The notes below the pieces were generated by a model that was not told the DNA's origin, made no database searches, and worked only from the letters and a program-made list of their open reading frames with translations. From NCBI GenBank assembly GCA_002104945.1, contig MCFH01000077.1:1-64000 (forward strand): DNA of 64,000 nt. The letters run 5' to 3'. The stretch is from Piromyces finnis finn (Eukaryota; Fungi; Neocallimastigomycota). Below, piece by piece: positions 47,240 to 62,094 of the stretch. Within the stretch, counting starts at the first letter, position 1; each line of letters begins with the position of its first letter. The position numbers and the translations under genes were made by a program.

Positions 47240-48612
47240 TTTTTTATTATTATTATACTATATAGATATTATTAAAATTGTATAGGTTTAAGTATGTAAT
47301 AAGGTTATTTTAATAGGAAAAAAAATTAAAATAGGATATTGAAAAAAAAAAAAAAAAAAAAAAAAAGATAAAAATAGTTTTATTTATACAAAAGTTGAAA
47401 AAAAAAATACTTTTATAAAAAGTATAAATATATATGATACACATTTTTATAAAATAATGATAATAATAATAAAATCATCCTTTTGTATATTATTTCAATA
47501 AATCAAAGAAAAAAAAATAATAATTTTTCATTATAGTAGAGTGGAATAAATCATAATGAGACGTAAAAAGGAAACCCCATTCATCATTCATTAATATTTT
47601 TTAATACTAATATAAATAATATATAGAATTTAAAATGAATAGAATTCTAATCTATACATAAATATTAATAACTGGAATCGTCAAAATAAAGAGAAAAAAA
47701 AAATTTCTTTCTTTGACTGGACTGGATAATTATTTTTAACTACAAAATTTCATTTAAAAAAATTTTTTTTTTTTTAGATAATGAAAATTGGTTCTATATA
47801 ATAATTACAATAATGATATAAAATATAAATCTTATATATCCATGATCATCCATCATAAATATAGGAATTAGCTTATAATATTCTTAATTATAATGATACT
47901 ATTCTTCTAATTCTAATAATAAATAATAAATCCTTTTTTTATTTTTTTTATTTTAAAACTCTTAATATCTTTCAATTGCTATTTAAATATTTTTCTATTT
48001 TTTTTTTTATTTTATTTTGTTTTTATTTTATTTTATTTTAATATTTATATTGTTTGTTTTCTTTTCTTTCTTTTGATTAATTACTATTACTTTATCTTTT
48101 TTTTTTAAAAAAGTATATATATAATTAGAATTAAATTATCTTTTTCTATATGAAAGTTGAAAATCAATTATTAAAGTGTAAAAAAAAAAAAATTAAGTGG
48201 TTGTATAAGTATACTTTGCTTAAAATCAATGAAACAAACATAATATTAATTTAAATAAAAGTAATTTGTTCTGTTTCAATAGTTTCTTTTTATAATTACA
48301 TAAAATATAAATATAAAAATAAAAAAATAAAAACAATAAAACAATACAAATAGATGATTGTTTTTTTTTTTTTTTTTTTTTTTTTTTTTGATTGATTGAT
48401 TAATTATAGGTGTTATGACAGAGAAATATTGAAAAAAAAAAAAAAATTGATCCTATGTGTTTTTGTTTTTTTTTTTTTTGTTATTGTTGTTATTATTTAT
48501 TGTATTTTCTAATAATGAATCATGCAAGGAATACCATTAATAATCATTAATAAATTATAATTTAAATGATATTACCCTAATTAGTATCCATGTTATATTA
48601 TATAATTTCTTT

Positions 48613-48654
<42 letters not shown>

Positions 48655-48870
48655 TAAATAAATAAATATTTTTATAATTTAAAAAAAATTATATAATAAT
48701 TTTTGATATTTTTTAAAGTATAAGTGTTAAAAAAAAAAAAAAAAAAGGTAAAGAAATGTAATAAAAAAATTATAGAATCCATAATGTAAAAATCCAGCTT
48801 GTTATATTAATTAATAAATGAATAATACTTCTTATTCCTGGTAAAATTATATAGAGCATTATTTATACAA

Positions 48871-50415
48871 TTATTGATATCCTTGTTGATGTTGATAATT
48901 ATACATAACATTTGGATCTTGACCATAGTAGGCTGCACTTTGGGCTGCTGCTGCTGCATAATATGGATTTTGCATGTAAGAGGCGTAATATTGATTTTGA
49001 GCAGCAGCTTGGGCAGCAGCAGCATTATACATTTGTTGATAGTATAAAGCACTTTGAGGATCTAATGAACTAAAGTATGAAGCAGATTGACCACTTATTG
49101 CTGATGACATATTTGAAGCATTATTAATAAGTCCACGTTGAGAGGATTGTTTTGAAGAATTAGAATTGGTAGCATCATTAGTTGTTGAAGATGCTTTCTT
49201 TGCTTTCTTTCCAGCAGTAGCATTACCTGTCTTCTTTTTAGCTGTACGAACTTTTCCTTGCTTAGATGAAGTAGTAGAATTAGCAAATGATGTAACACTT
49301 GACGCTGGAGTAGAAGGTGATTTCATACCATTATTCTTTCTTGTACGAACAGCACCATTCTTTTCTGCTAAATTAACTAATGACAAATTAGTTTTCATTT
49401 TTTGTTGAGTATCAGATGTAGTAGAAGTATTTATTGGTGGTTGTCCACCAACCTTTGAAGAAGATATATCACGTTCACTTTCTTTTTTACCTTCAATATC
49501 TTCTTCCTTTTCTTCCCCCTTTTTCTTATTAAATAATGATCTAAAACCACGTTTTCCAACTTCTTCTTCAATTTCTTTTTGTGGATTTACGTATGTAGAT
49601 GTAGTTGGGCTAGAAACCTTATCTTTATTGTTGTAAGATGCAATAGTATTTTCCTTTAATTCTTTTTCGTATCTTGCCTTTTTAATATTCTCTAAATGTT
49701 TTGAACTACTTCTACCTATACACCAACACCACATACATAATATAAATACTATTGCTGGAAATGAAATCGCTGAAATGAATATCCATTTATTTATACCAAG
49801 AATATTCCCATTTGAAGTATTTTCAGATAAAGAAGATGTATCATCTAAGCTACTAGTTCCTGATGAAGAAGTACATACATCATTTACACAAGATAAATTA
49901 TTTACACAATGAATATCACTTTTACAGTGAGATCCAATGGATTGCTTTTCAAAACATTGCTTAAGATCAGTTTTTATCCATGGTGGAGTGTAACAATGCT
50001 CATATTTACTGCCAAGTGTTTCTTTACAATATTTATCATTTTCACAATAAGCTACTTCAGTTTTAATACAAGAGTACTCGTTATCTTTATTAAAACGAAT
50101 ACATGAATAACCTTCATCACAACTATTCGTATTTGGTTTACATAATATTCTTTTATCTATTGGTGGAGGAATTAATGAATTAGTTTCAGTAGTATTATTT
50201 GAGGTATCATCATTTGTAGCATTGTTACTTGAATCATTCGTCTTTTCAGGTTCAGTTTTTTCATTACTTGGTTTTTCAGTACTTGGTTTTGTATTCTCTA
50301 CTTTTGCATTACTTGGCTTTTCAGCTGGTTTACCTGCAACAAAATTAATTGCAAAAAGGGATAAATATAATTTATTGATGGATGGTATTGTCTTTGTTTT
50401 AATTAAATTTGACAT
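48871..50415 (-). CDS. Type I membrane protein with Cys-rich ectodomain and long low-complexity cytoplasmic tail
   Basis: N-terminal hydrophobic stretch, S/T/N/E linker, Cys-rich modules (HCKSDIHCVNNLSCVNDVC), TM ending CMWCWC, K/S/T-rich tail and a Y/Q/A-rich C terminus. Confidence 0.85.
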   Translation of the reverse strand: MSNLIKTKTIPSINKLYLSLFAINFVAGKPAEKPSNAKVENTKPSTEKPSNEKTEPEKTNDSSNNATNDDTSNNTTETNSLIPPPIDKRILCKPNTNSCDEGYSCIRFNKDNEYSCIKTEVAYCENDKYCKETLGSKYEHCYTPPWIKTDLKQCFEKQSIGSHCKSDIHCVNNLSCVNDVCTSSSGTSSLDDTSSLSENTSNGNILGINKWIFISAISFPAIVFILCMWCWCIGRSSSKHLENIKKARYEKELKENTIASYNNKDKVSSPTTSTYVNPQKEIEEEVGKRGFRSLFNKKKGEEKEEDIEGKKESERDISSSKVGGQPPINTSTTSDTQQKMKTNLSLVNLAEKNGAVRTRKNNGMKSPSTPASSVTSFANSTTSSKQGKVRTAKKKTGNATAGKKAKKASSTTNDATNSNSSKQSSQRGLINNASNMSSAISGQSASYFSSLDPQSALYYQQMYNAAAAQAAAQNQYYASYMQNPYYAAAAAQSAAYYGQDPNVMYNYQHQQGYQ

Positions 50416-53400
50416 TTTTTATGATTTTTAATACTATTTTAGATTGATATTTTTAAAGAATATTTTTTTAACTATATAAATAAATTATGAATTTTGTTAA
50501 TTTTTTTTAATAATTAAAAATAAAGAATTAACTATGGATACTTTACTTTTTAATAATTTTACTATCTATATATATCTAGGATAATTTAAATATATACAAA
50601 TATTTCTTTTATCTAATAATTTTATGGATGCTTATTTATTATACTGTTTTTTTTAACGTTTTTTTTTTCTTCTAAATATTGAAATTTTTTATTTATTGTA
50701 GTTTATTATTTTTTAAAAATATATATAAGCTATATTTTATAATTAAATTTTCGTTTTTTTTTTAATATAAAAAAGAATAAGTTTAATACTGTCTTTTTTT
50801 TAAAAAGATAAAATTAAATACAATGTAGAATTAACAAAGTATATTATATTAAAAAAGTATATATATATTTTTTAGAGTTAATATTTTATATTATATAATT
50901 GAATGAAATATAATTTATATATTGGAATAGTTGTAACAATGGTTTAAATACTGTAAACAATTATTCGTTTTTTATTTTCTATTTTTTTTTTATAAATGTT
51001 TCTAATAACTTTTTTTTATTATAAACTATAATATGAAAAGGTTATTATTCTATTATGGTGTTTTTTTTTTTTATTATTGTTTTTTTCTTTCTATTATTTT
51101 CTTGTTTTTGTTTTTATTTTTGTTTTTTTTTTATCTATTTTTATACTTTTATTTCACTAATATTTCTCTTCCTTTTTTTTTAGCTTGTAGGTAAGGATCT
51201 ATTACAAGACTTGAATTGATGTTGTGTTTTAATTCCTTTAAATATTTTTTCTTTTCTATTTTTTATTAGAGAAATATATATTTTTTATCTTAATGCTGTC
51301 TTAAAAAATATATATTCTTTATGTTATTCTTTTTTGTTAATATTATTATCAAATTAATATTGATGATAACATCCACTTTAACATTGATTATTTCTTTAAA
51401 GTGTGGGTAAAAAAAAAAAATAAAATGCTTCTTATAAGTATGAAAAAAAAAATTTTTATTTTTTGACTTTTTTTTAAATTTTAATATTAAATTTTATTTA
51501 TATTACAATCTATTATAATATATGATGAATTAGTTATTTACTAATAAACAATTGTCAAAGTTTTCATCATGACTAATATATAAAATAAATGAGGCGATAT
51601 ATTATTTTGTTTTATTAAATATGATGAATTATAATAAAATAAATTAATCTATTCTTTTCTTTTTATATTATTGGTTGATTTTATTTGTTAAAGTAACACA
51701 TATTTAATTTTAATTGTTTATAAAATAATATATGATTAAATATATTTTAATATATGACATTTAAATTAAAAAATGCGTTTATCAATAATTTTTCTTTTTT
51801 TGTCATCATCAAATTTTATAATAAATAATATATTAACAATATTATATATTTATATTATTTATTTTATATTACAATATATTGTTTATATTATTCATATAAA
51901 TCGTTGGCTTATTGGAGAAATCTAAAATGTTATAAATAATGTAACTGTAATGTATACATTAAATTTTAATTGATAAAGTTGAAATGTGGCTTTATATATT
52001 TATCCTATTCATTTTGTTTACTATTCATTTGCCACTAAATATAAATCATTGATGATTATAAGAGGGTATTTTTTAACCACATTTTTTTATCTAGGAAATT
52101 TATTCTTATTATCTGTCACTATTGAATTAATACGCCACAATTAATTTTTTTGTATTCCAAACTTTAACCATTTTTTTTATACTTTAATTGAATGAATAAC
52201 CTTAGGCTACGGAGCACTTGATATGTGTTTTATCTCTAACATCAATAAATACTTTCTTTTGTACTGAAATGGCATCAACATCAATAATAACAACGAATAA
52301 TCAAACCATTTTAAACCATTGTATTATATATATTAAAAAATTATAATATTGATATAAAATAGATAATAGATATATATACCTTTATTTTTTAATAGCTAGA
52401 TTGTCAGTATAATAGCTGGGTTGCCAGTTGAAAAAGAAAAAAAAAAAAGAATAAAAAGGAAATATGGGTATTTGTATTGAATATTAAAAGTTTTCTACTC
52501 TAACAGATAATGGATGTGAATAGTTTTTTTTTTTTTAGTAATGAGTTTGAAATGAATAACAAAAGTTTTCTATTATGAAAAATGTTGATAGTTTTTTTTT
52601 TAGTAAGGTATTCGTAAAAGTTATTCTAACCAATGCTGATAATTTTTTTTATCTTACTGATATATTTGTATGGAATAATAAAAGTTTTTCTACTCTAATA
52701 AAGGTTAATAATATTTTTTTTTCTATTGATATTGATATATTTATGATATAATTAAAATAAATTTGATTCCGTTTTGATAATTTTGATTCTGTTTGACAAT
52801 TGGTTAATTTATAATAATAATAATAATAATAATAATAAAAGGAATGAGTGAATAGTTGGTTAGTACTGATTATCTAAAGAATGAAACTTTTTAAAAATTT
52901 CAAAAATGTTTTTTTTTTTTGATGATTAAAAGTTGACTTTTTTTTTTTTTAATAATGTTTATTGTTACTTGGAATTTGAAAAAGTTTTATTGATTCCAGT
53001 CAAGAAAGACAAGCACACTTTTCTTTTTTTTTTATAATAAAAATAAAAATAGTTTCTTCTTTTCTTTCACTTTTATCCAAAATAAACACTTTTTTTAAGG
53101 TGTTTTGTTAATAAAAATAAAAAAAGAAAAAGAAAACTTTTAATCGAATTCTTTTTTTTTTTTTTAATTATTTTTTTAAAATCTTTATTAATATATTAAA
53201 TTAAATTATATCAATATATTAGAATATAATCAATTTAATTGTTAAAGATAATTTAAAAAAAAGTTTACTTTTAAAATGTTGCATAGAAAAAAAATAAGAG
53301 TTCTTTTTTTTTTAAGTTCAATGAGGTTCAATAGACAAAGAGATGAAATTAAGAAATTAGAATGAATTTGAATATAAAGGACAAAAAAAATATAAGAATA

Positions 53401-53552
53401 GCATTGGTAAAAATGTAGAATCCATCATTATCTAAAAAAAAAAAAAAAACTTTAAAAAGGTAGAGTCCATCACACTAATTTTTAATTAAGGAATAAGGAA
53501 ACAATAAAAATGGAAAGAAAGATTAACTTTATTAATACACATCTTGTTACTT

Positions 53553-53597
<45 letters not shown>

Positions 53598-56054
53598 ACA
53601 TCATTTTAAAATAACATTTTAACATTTCATATATATATATAAATTTATTCATATTCACGTTATACTTTGTTTTTTTTAAAACTTATAAAATTTAATATTC
53701 ATATTTGATATCTTTAAAAAAAAAAAAAAAAGTATTAAAGAATACTTTATAACATCTTTAAAAAAAAAAAAGTATTAAAGAATACTTTATAATAAACTTT
53801 TCTCTTAATATTCTAAAAAAAAAAAAGAGTTTTTCTTTCTTTTTTTTTTATGGCTAATGAATTTTTAATTGTTTTTATTGTAAAGAAGAATTTTAAAGTT
53901 AAACTTTTTTTTTTTTACTTTGCTTTAATTCATGCATAATAAACAATCTTTTTTTTTTTTATTAAAGTTTATTTTAACTTTGGAAAAAAGGTTACTTCTT
54001 GCCACTTTTAAAGAAACTTTTTCGTTTTATTAATTAAAAAAAAAATAAAGACTGCATATAAAAAAGAAAAGTTTTAAAGTAAATGAAAATGTATACAATT
54101 TGTAAGAATGTATTTAAAAATGTATGTAAAACTAAATAATAGAAATTTTAACAATAATGGAAGGAGTGGGTATGAGTAGTATAGTAAAAGTAGTATGAGT
54201 ATGAGTAGTATGGGGCATGAAGGATAAATAAATAATAAAAATGATATTCTATTGATTATTATTTATTAGGTTAACATAAAATGTCTTTATTAAAGTATAT
54301 TTTAAAAGAATTTTATTTTATACGCTTTACAAGGTTAATTCACTCATAAAAAAAAACAATATTTATTATTATTATTATTATTCTAATTATTATTATTATT
54401 ATTGCTATATAAAATAATATTAAATAAAATTATTTTATATGCTTTTCATTTTTTTTGTATTCTAAGTAAATTAAAAAAGAGTAAAAAAGAAAAAAACATT
54501 ACTTTAAATAAAACACCATCTAATTAAGATAGTTTATAATCTTGATGTCCTTTCTTTATAATAAATGATTTGATGTTGTCGTATTGAGTATTCAATATAT
54601 TGAAAAGAATAAAAACTTTATTCATCCATCTGTCTACTCTTAAATTAAAAAAAAAAAAAAACATGTTTTTATAATTATTTCATATTATGGTTTTATTGAT
54701 TAAATAGAGATCCATATAAGAAACTTATATAATTATGTCTATCAATGTATCTAACATTCTCAATTTATATAGTCATGAAGAAATAGAAAGATTAGTCATT
54801 TTAATTTCAAATAATAGTGAATTGAATTGACTGACAATGCCACATCTTATATATTAAATTCTTAATGACCATGTAAACAATGCAAAAAAAAAAAAAAAAA
54901 AAAAAACGCACATTGAATGTCCTTGTCATTTAGGTAGATACATTGTCCATTCATTATTTGTAAACATAATATGTAAAGAACTTACATATGTCCTTTTTGT
55001 AAAAAAAAAATATAAAGGTATTCTTGATACCAAATCAAAATACAATGTTACACGAAATGAAAAGTACTACTTTTTCCTTACACATGTTTAACATGGTAGT
55101 AAATCAGATAAAAAAAAAAAAAAAGGAAAATAAGACCCAATCTGAATATGCCTTTTTATTTAGGAATCAATTGGTGTATTAGATTACATAATTCTAAATA
55201 AAAAAAAAAAAAGTGGTGGATATAATTCATCATTCTCATCCATATGAATAATCTTGAACATTTATAAAAATAAAAAAGATTCAGAAATAATAAAATATCT
55301 TAAAGAATATAATTTTTTATAATGACGGGTAATTTTAATTCTGATGGTATTAAATTATTGATTTGGTTTATAATTAAAAAAAAAAAATTACTAAATGCAT
55401 TTCTTTTAGATATAAATGCTTATACTTTTCTTGACAAATTTAATCTTTTGTTTATTACTTGTTTTAATACATCTGATATATAAGCATACAAAATAATAAT
55501 GTTAATACTTTATGCCAAAGAGGAAACATGGTAAAATATTTAATAGATAATAGTACAAATATATATATTCAAAATTATAATGTTCTTAGCAGAGCAAAGT
55601 GGTGATAAAAAAATAGTATTAATCTTTTGAATATAGAAAATAAGACATTAGTAAAACTATTAAGGAAATGAAAATGAAAAAAAAAAAATATATTGAACCA
55701 AGCCATGTTATATCAATTATTCAATTATTCAATTAATTGAAAGGAAGGGAAAAAAAAAAAAAGAATATCTTATAATAGATTGTAACTTCTTTAATATATT
55801 TGTAAAAATAAATAAATAAAAAATATTTTATAATTATTAAAAAAAAAAAGAAACAAAAAAAAAAATAAAGTATATTCAAATAATTCTTTTATTTGAAATT
55901 ATTCCTTTTCCTATATATTTTTACTAGTTTTTTTTTTTTTTTTTTAATTTTCAAAAAACTAATTTATTAAACAAAATTTGCTTTATTATTACAAAAAAAT
56001 AAATAAAAAAAAAAACCTACTGATAGGATTGTTGGAACTACATTGACTGTTGAA

Positions 56055-56225
56055 CTATGGAATGGTAATGCGGTTATCCCTAAAAGTTGGACAATCTAAT
56101 AACCAATGTTTCATACCTTTGATCTCCACTCTTACACCATGGACACAGTCGTTAGGACAAACTGGATCAACAAATTTAGCAAGCTTTTGATGATGCGTCA
56201 GGGGAATTAATTGAACAAGATTATT
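56055..56225 (-). pseudogene. Possible remnant of a non-LTR retrotransposon ORF2 zinc knuckle
   Basis: Minus frame reads ...KLAKFVDPVCPNDC...MKHWLLDCPTFRDNR, resembling the C-x2/3-C...H-x4-C motif at the end of LINE ORF2. It is short, has no start and has an atypical spacer. Confidence 0.35.
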
Positions 56226-56719
56226 GAAAAAAAATAAACATTAGGAAACAGTATATTTGACGATAATACCTATTGATATAATAAATAATAAATAAAAATA
56301 ATAAAATATAAACAGATAAAAATATAAATATAATATATAAAATAAAATAAATTATTTTAGTAAGGTTTGTTGGAGACCGATTGGCATTATAGCGCGCTTT
56401 TAATTAAGGAAGTTTATATTGTTAGCCAAAATATACACATAAAATACATAACATATAATTTTTTTTTTGTTTGCTTGTTTGTTTGTTTTGTTTTTAAAAA
56501 GTTTTTATTAATTGTGGTTTTAATAATCACTTTTTTTTTTTTTTTTAAATAATTTACAATATATTACATTTAAATTTATTTAAAAATAAAATGCGTTTTC
56601 TTTTATATATATATAATAATTCAAGTTTCTTTTTAAAATTTTTCCCTTATTAAAAAGACTTTTTTGATTTTATCAAAAAATTTAATTGCTTTTTTTTTAA
56701 AAAAAAAAGATTAAAGCAT

Positions 56720-57876
56720 TTATTCAACACAAGTAGCATCAGTAATCTTAACGTAATCAACAATGAAATCGTATGGTTGTCTAGACCAATCAGCTGGACC
56801 AGTCCAACCATCACAACCAACACACATCCAGTTAGTTAAGATGAAGTAACATGGTTGTTGTGGCATTGGGTTATCAAAAGTACGAATAACTTGGTTATCA
56901 ACCTTTAAAACAATAGATCTTGAAGTCCATTCAAAAGTGTAAAGGTGGAAGTCCTTGGATAAATCAGTTGGTGGGTTCCAAACTTGTTCACGACCACCAT
57001 TACCGTAAATGAATAAGTTAGTTTGCATACGGTTGCTACCAATTAATTCGAAATCGAATTCATCTTGACTACCGTTGGTGTTATCTGGAGTAGAAGCGAA
57101 GTAAATAGCTGGAACTAAACCACTAGCAATTGGCATCTTAGCACGAACTTCGAATTTACCAGACTTGTAACGAACGTTGGTTCTCATACGACCACCGTTA
57201 CCAGAACCTGGGCAAGATTGACTAACGGAATCGTAGAACATACCATCCTTAACCTTGATACATTCACCACCACTGTTTAAGTTCCAACGGTTAAGATCAA
57301 GACTCTTGAAATCTTCTTCCCAGTTACACTTGTCACCAGTATTAGTTGGAGTGGATTGTTGGTATTGTGTAGTGGTGGTTCTTCTAGTAGTAGTGGTAGT
57401 CTTTGGCTTAATACCACACCAGTTGTTGTTTTCAATACCCCATTCATTACCAGCGGAATCAGTGTAGTAGGAGAAATTAGTGTTTTGACAACATGGGTAA
57501 TCTGGCATACTCCAACAACCTATTTTAGTATATAATAGTTACACAATGTATAAATAGGTTAACCATTTTTTGTTTAAATTTTATAAATTTTTTTATTTTT
57601 CCATTTTCAAAATTATATATTTATACTACATTAATTATATATTATTATTATTTCATGCTTACCATTGAAACAAGTGTATGGAACACCACACCAGTTGTTG
57701 TTTTCAACACCCCAGTTACCATCGTCATCCTTGTATTGAATATCACAAGTGTTTCTACAACAGTTGTAACCAAGTAACTTTGGAACGTTACTAAGGAAAC
57801 AATCTCTAGCACCTAATTCAGCAGAAACAAGAGAAGCTGAAGCAAGTAAAGCAATGTTTAATAAAGTAGACTTCAT
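56720..57876 (-). CDS. Cellulosomal GH16 beta-glucanase (licheninase-like) with two N-terminal CBM10-type fungal dockerins, about 337 aa; exons 57876-57663 and 57519-56720
   Basis: Signal peptide, two dockerins (GYNCC...WGVENNNWC and DYPCC...WGIENNNWC), Thr-rich linker, catalytic DEFDFE (ExDxE) motif. One phase-1 GT-AG intron. Confidence 0.93.
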
Positions 57877-60386
57877 TTTTTATTCTTTAATATTTTTATA
57901 ATAAAAAAAAATATTTTTAATTTTTTATTTATTTGTTTTTTTTTTTTTCCTTTAAATTTGTTTTAATTTTTTTTAAATTGTTGTTGTTGTTATATTATGA
58001 AAATGTTGTCCAGCAACGAATATACTTTTTATAATAAAAAAAAATATATTTTATAAACTTTTTTTTATAATACAACACTAATTTTATATTTAAATAAAAA
58101 ATTTAAAGTTCCTTTTACCTGGTAAAAAAATGAGGTTTAAATACTTTTTTTTTTATTTATTAGTTTTAATATAAATCTAAAAATAAAGGTTACAAAAAAA
58201 ATAATAATAAATTTTTTTTTTTTTTTTTCCTTTTTGTTACTATAATTAAAAAAATGTCTAACAACCATTGATATTCATATTTATATTAAATAAAGTTTAA
58301 CTTTTTTGTTTTAATAAATGATGTTGTATATAAAAATAACCAATAATATTAATGTATTACACATAATATATCATAAAATACAAAATTTAATACATTGCCA
58401 TACAAATGAACTAATATCCTATAGGTGATTCCATTTATAATATATAAGGAAAATATATTGGAATGGAGATTAATTTGTTTATTTATATTAGATAATATAT
58501 GAACTATAGACTATAATTTATATATATACATCATCCATTAAAAAAAAAAAAAATCCAAAACAGCAAAAGTAAAACGTTATAAATAATGATAAATCTTATT
58601 TTATATTAAAAATATATGAAAATTTCCAAAAATGGTTATATTTTTATATTAAATTTAGAAACTTAAAACTTATAGAAATAACGGATGGTTATAAAATAAA
58701 TAAATATTATTGGCCATTAGGAAGAGATTAACCATTTTAATTAAAAATGACAAACTTTATTTATTAATTTTATCCTTTTTTTTTGTTGTTTAAGCTAAGT
58801 TTAACCAATAATGTTTCATGATTTTTATAATAAATAAAGTTTCGTTTCATTTTTTTTAAAAATTAATAAAAAAAATAATAAATAAACTTTTGTCCCTTTT
58901 CAAATTTTAATATTGTTTTTTTTCTTCTTTTTTTATGCTTTTGTTTTATAAAAAGGTTACAGTAAAAAATAGTGGAAATGGTGGCAATAGAAGTAATGTA
59001 ATAGTAGAAAAAAGTAGTAGTATAGTGATGATAGTAACAGTATTAAAGGTGATGTCGTAAAAAAAATAATATTTTATGATAAATGTTTTTTTTTTATCAT
59101 TGATAATTTCATTTTTTTTATTTGTTTTTTTATTGTCAATTAAACCTTTGAAAAAGAAATTTAAACAAAGATTTGAATAGTAAAATACTATTATACCCTA
59201 CTACCCTTTTAATATTTGTATATAGATTCTTTTCATACTTTTTACTATTAAAAAATAAAAGCATTAACTATAAGAATTTCATCACTGATTTTAAACAAAT
59301 TATGAATTTAAAGCTGGCATGTCTTTTTTTTTATTATTCATTAAAAATATATATATAATAAGAATAGATGGAATATTAAAGTAACCTTGTTACATATTCC
59401 ATATTCAATACTTTTTTTATGATTAATAGGATAAAAAAAGGAACATTATTAAATAAGCTTTTTTTTTAAAAATAATAAAAAAAAAGGTAACAAAAAAAAA
59501 AAAAAAAACACAATAAAATATATTGGTTTTATTTAGAAGAGGAAAAAAAAAAAAAAGAATTAAATAAATTGTTATAATTTATTAAATAACCTATTATCAA
59601 AAATATTTATATTACGTTTATTCCTTTTATCATTTGTTATAATTTATAAAAAGTTTTTTTTCTTTCTTCTTTCAAATGGTATTCTACTTTTCTATTTGAT
59701 CCACCATCGTTTAAAACTTTTATTAAACAAGGATTTTATTTTTTTTTTTTTCCCTTTTAATTTTTCCTTAAATCGTTAGGTGTTCATGGTTTGTGTCATT
59801 TACATCATATGACAGTCTGAACTTTATTTTATATTATTTTTTGTTTCATTAAGATAATATTATCATAAAAACACCATAAAAAGATAAATTTAACCAATAA
59901 GATAAACTGGTAATTTAAATATCATGTTGCACCATAATGTTAAACTTTAATATTTATTTTCGGAATTTAAAAATAAATAAAATAAAATAAAATAAAAAAA
60001 AAAAAAAAAAGGATTTTTGAAATATTACTATTTTTTAAACTTTTTTTTGATAAATGGGATTTAAAAAAAAAAAAAAAAACGATAAAATGAAATTAGTATT
60101 TAGTATTCTTTTAATATGAACAATAATAATAAAGTTTAAACAATAAAAAAGATATCTTCTTGGTTTTTAAAAATTCTAATTTATAAAACTATTTAGATTA
60201 TTGCTGTTATAAATAGATTAGATCAAAATAAAAGGGTGTGTGTGTATATAATAGGTTAAATTAGTTGATATAAGAGAAAGACTCAACCCGAAAATAAACT
60301 ATAGAAACATCAACATATGAGGGAGGAGGAATATATCCTATAATTATTTAAATTTGACAGGTTTTTTTTTTTTTCTTTGGATTCAT

Positions 60387-60428
<42 letters not shown>

Positions 60429-60512
60429 AACGTGGACTATTTATAATTCCTTACTCAAATGTAAACAAATATATATGAATTTTTATTCATTAGATAAGGA
60501 GTATTACATCGA

Positions 60513-60545
<33 letters not shown>

Positions 60546-61007
60546 GATTCTTTCCTATGATTTTGCTTTGGAATTAAATAATATTTGTATTATCTTTTGA
60601 GAGAGGGGGGAAATTTTACCAATAGAAATACTCTTTTTATCGAGAAAAATGGTTTTGGTTTATCTTAAAAACAATTTATAGTAGAGGGTATCCAAACATA
60701 ATATTTATCAATATCTCTCTTTATATAATTTCAACATTTATCCTTCAATTAACACAGAATCACTTACTATTCATAATTTAAAACACATAGAAGATTGATT
60801 TCAATTCTAAAGGATTCAATCAAATAATATTATATATATACTGATCAAGTTTTTTGGTAAAAGGGAATGAAAAGTAAGATAGAAAGGAAGTAACAAATAT
60901 AATTTGATGGTATAATGATCAATTGAATAACTAATATGGTATATTTGTTAATACAAAAGGACAATTTTCTTCCTCTCCAAAATCCTAGATCATTGAATAA
61001 TAAATAA

Positions 61008-61040
<33 letters not shown>

Positions 61041-61933
61041 TTTCCATCCACCACCACTACTTTCATAAAATGAAATATTAATAAATGATATATAAAGTGG
61101 TAAAATCCTAATATAAACTTTAATTCTTTTTCTTACCAAATCTTCAAAGTTTATACATCTTGATAAAATACTTTTTTATCATCATAGAGAAAAATTTTAA
61201 TGGTTCATCACTTTCTATATTGTTTTGCTTTTATCCTTTCTGCACTATTTAACATTCAAAAAATAAAAATGCTTGGAATCATTTACATACGCATAATATA
61301 TCATAATAATCCTTGTAAAATAATATTGAAATTCAATATATATATATATATATTTATATATTTCATAACTATTTATATTTGGTAGGGTTTTTTTGGGGGG
61401 ATTCAAATTGCAGCATAACTTTTTAAATGACAAAGGGATATATAATAAAAGTAAAAAAAAAAAAATCAAGAAAATACCAACTCAAATGCAAATGATTATA
61501 AAAAATTTTTATTCATAAACAAAGGGTATCATTATCAAAAAAAAAAAAAAAAAAAAGATTGTTTCTTTTCTATAATTTGTCCTGGAATTAAATATACAAT
61601 TAAAGAATGCCTTTAATGTCTTTTGAAGGTAGAAAAAAAAAATATTTGTGTAAATATTCTTTTATCAAGAAAAACAGTTTTTGCCTTTCCTAAAGATAAT
61701 TTATGTGAGCATTCAAACATGGTGTTTATCAATATTTCTATTTACATAATTTCAACATTTATCTTTAAATCAATGGAAAAGCTCTAAATCCTCCAGGTAT
61801 TTAATTAGTCTCTTACTTAGCATCTCATTCATATTTCGATTGAGTTAATAAAATTAAAAAATAATTTTTTTAAAGCTGTCAACTAGTTCAAAGTTTAAAA
61901 ATCATAAAAAAAAAAAAAAAAAACATCACCATC

Positions 61934-61966
<33 letters not shown>

Positions 61967-62094
61967 CAGGTTTCAGGAAAACAAATGTTTTGTGTGTATT
62001 TTTATTTTTTACTTTTATTTAAAAAAACTATTTCATTAGATATTATCCTTCAAATTTAAAAATAGTTTGCGCTTGAACCATTATTCTCAACGTA

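Noticed and set aside
51900-55600. Possible pseudogene fragments (WD40-like MVKVWN at ~52150; exon-like patches at 54.5-55.6 kb)
   Set aside because: Multiple stops and too little similarity to name a product.
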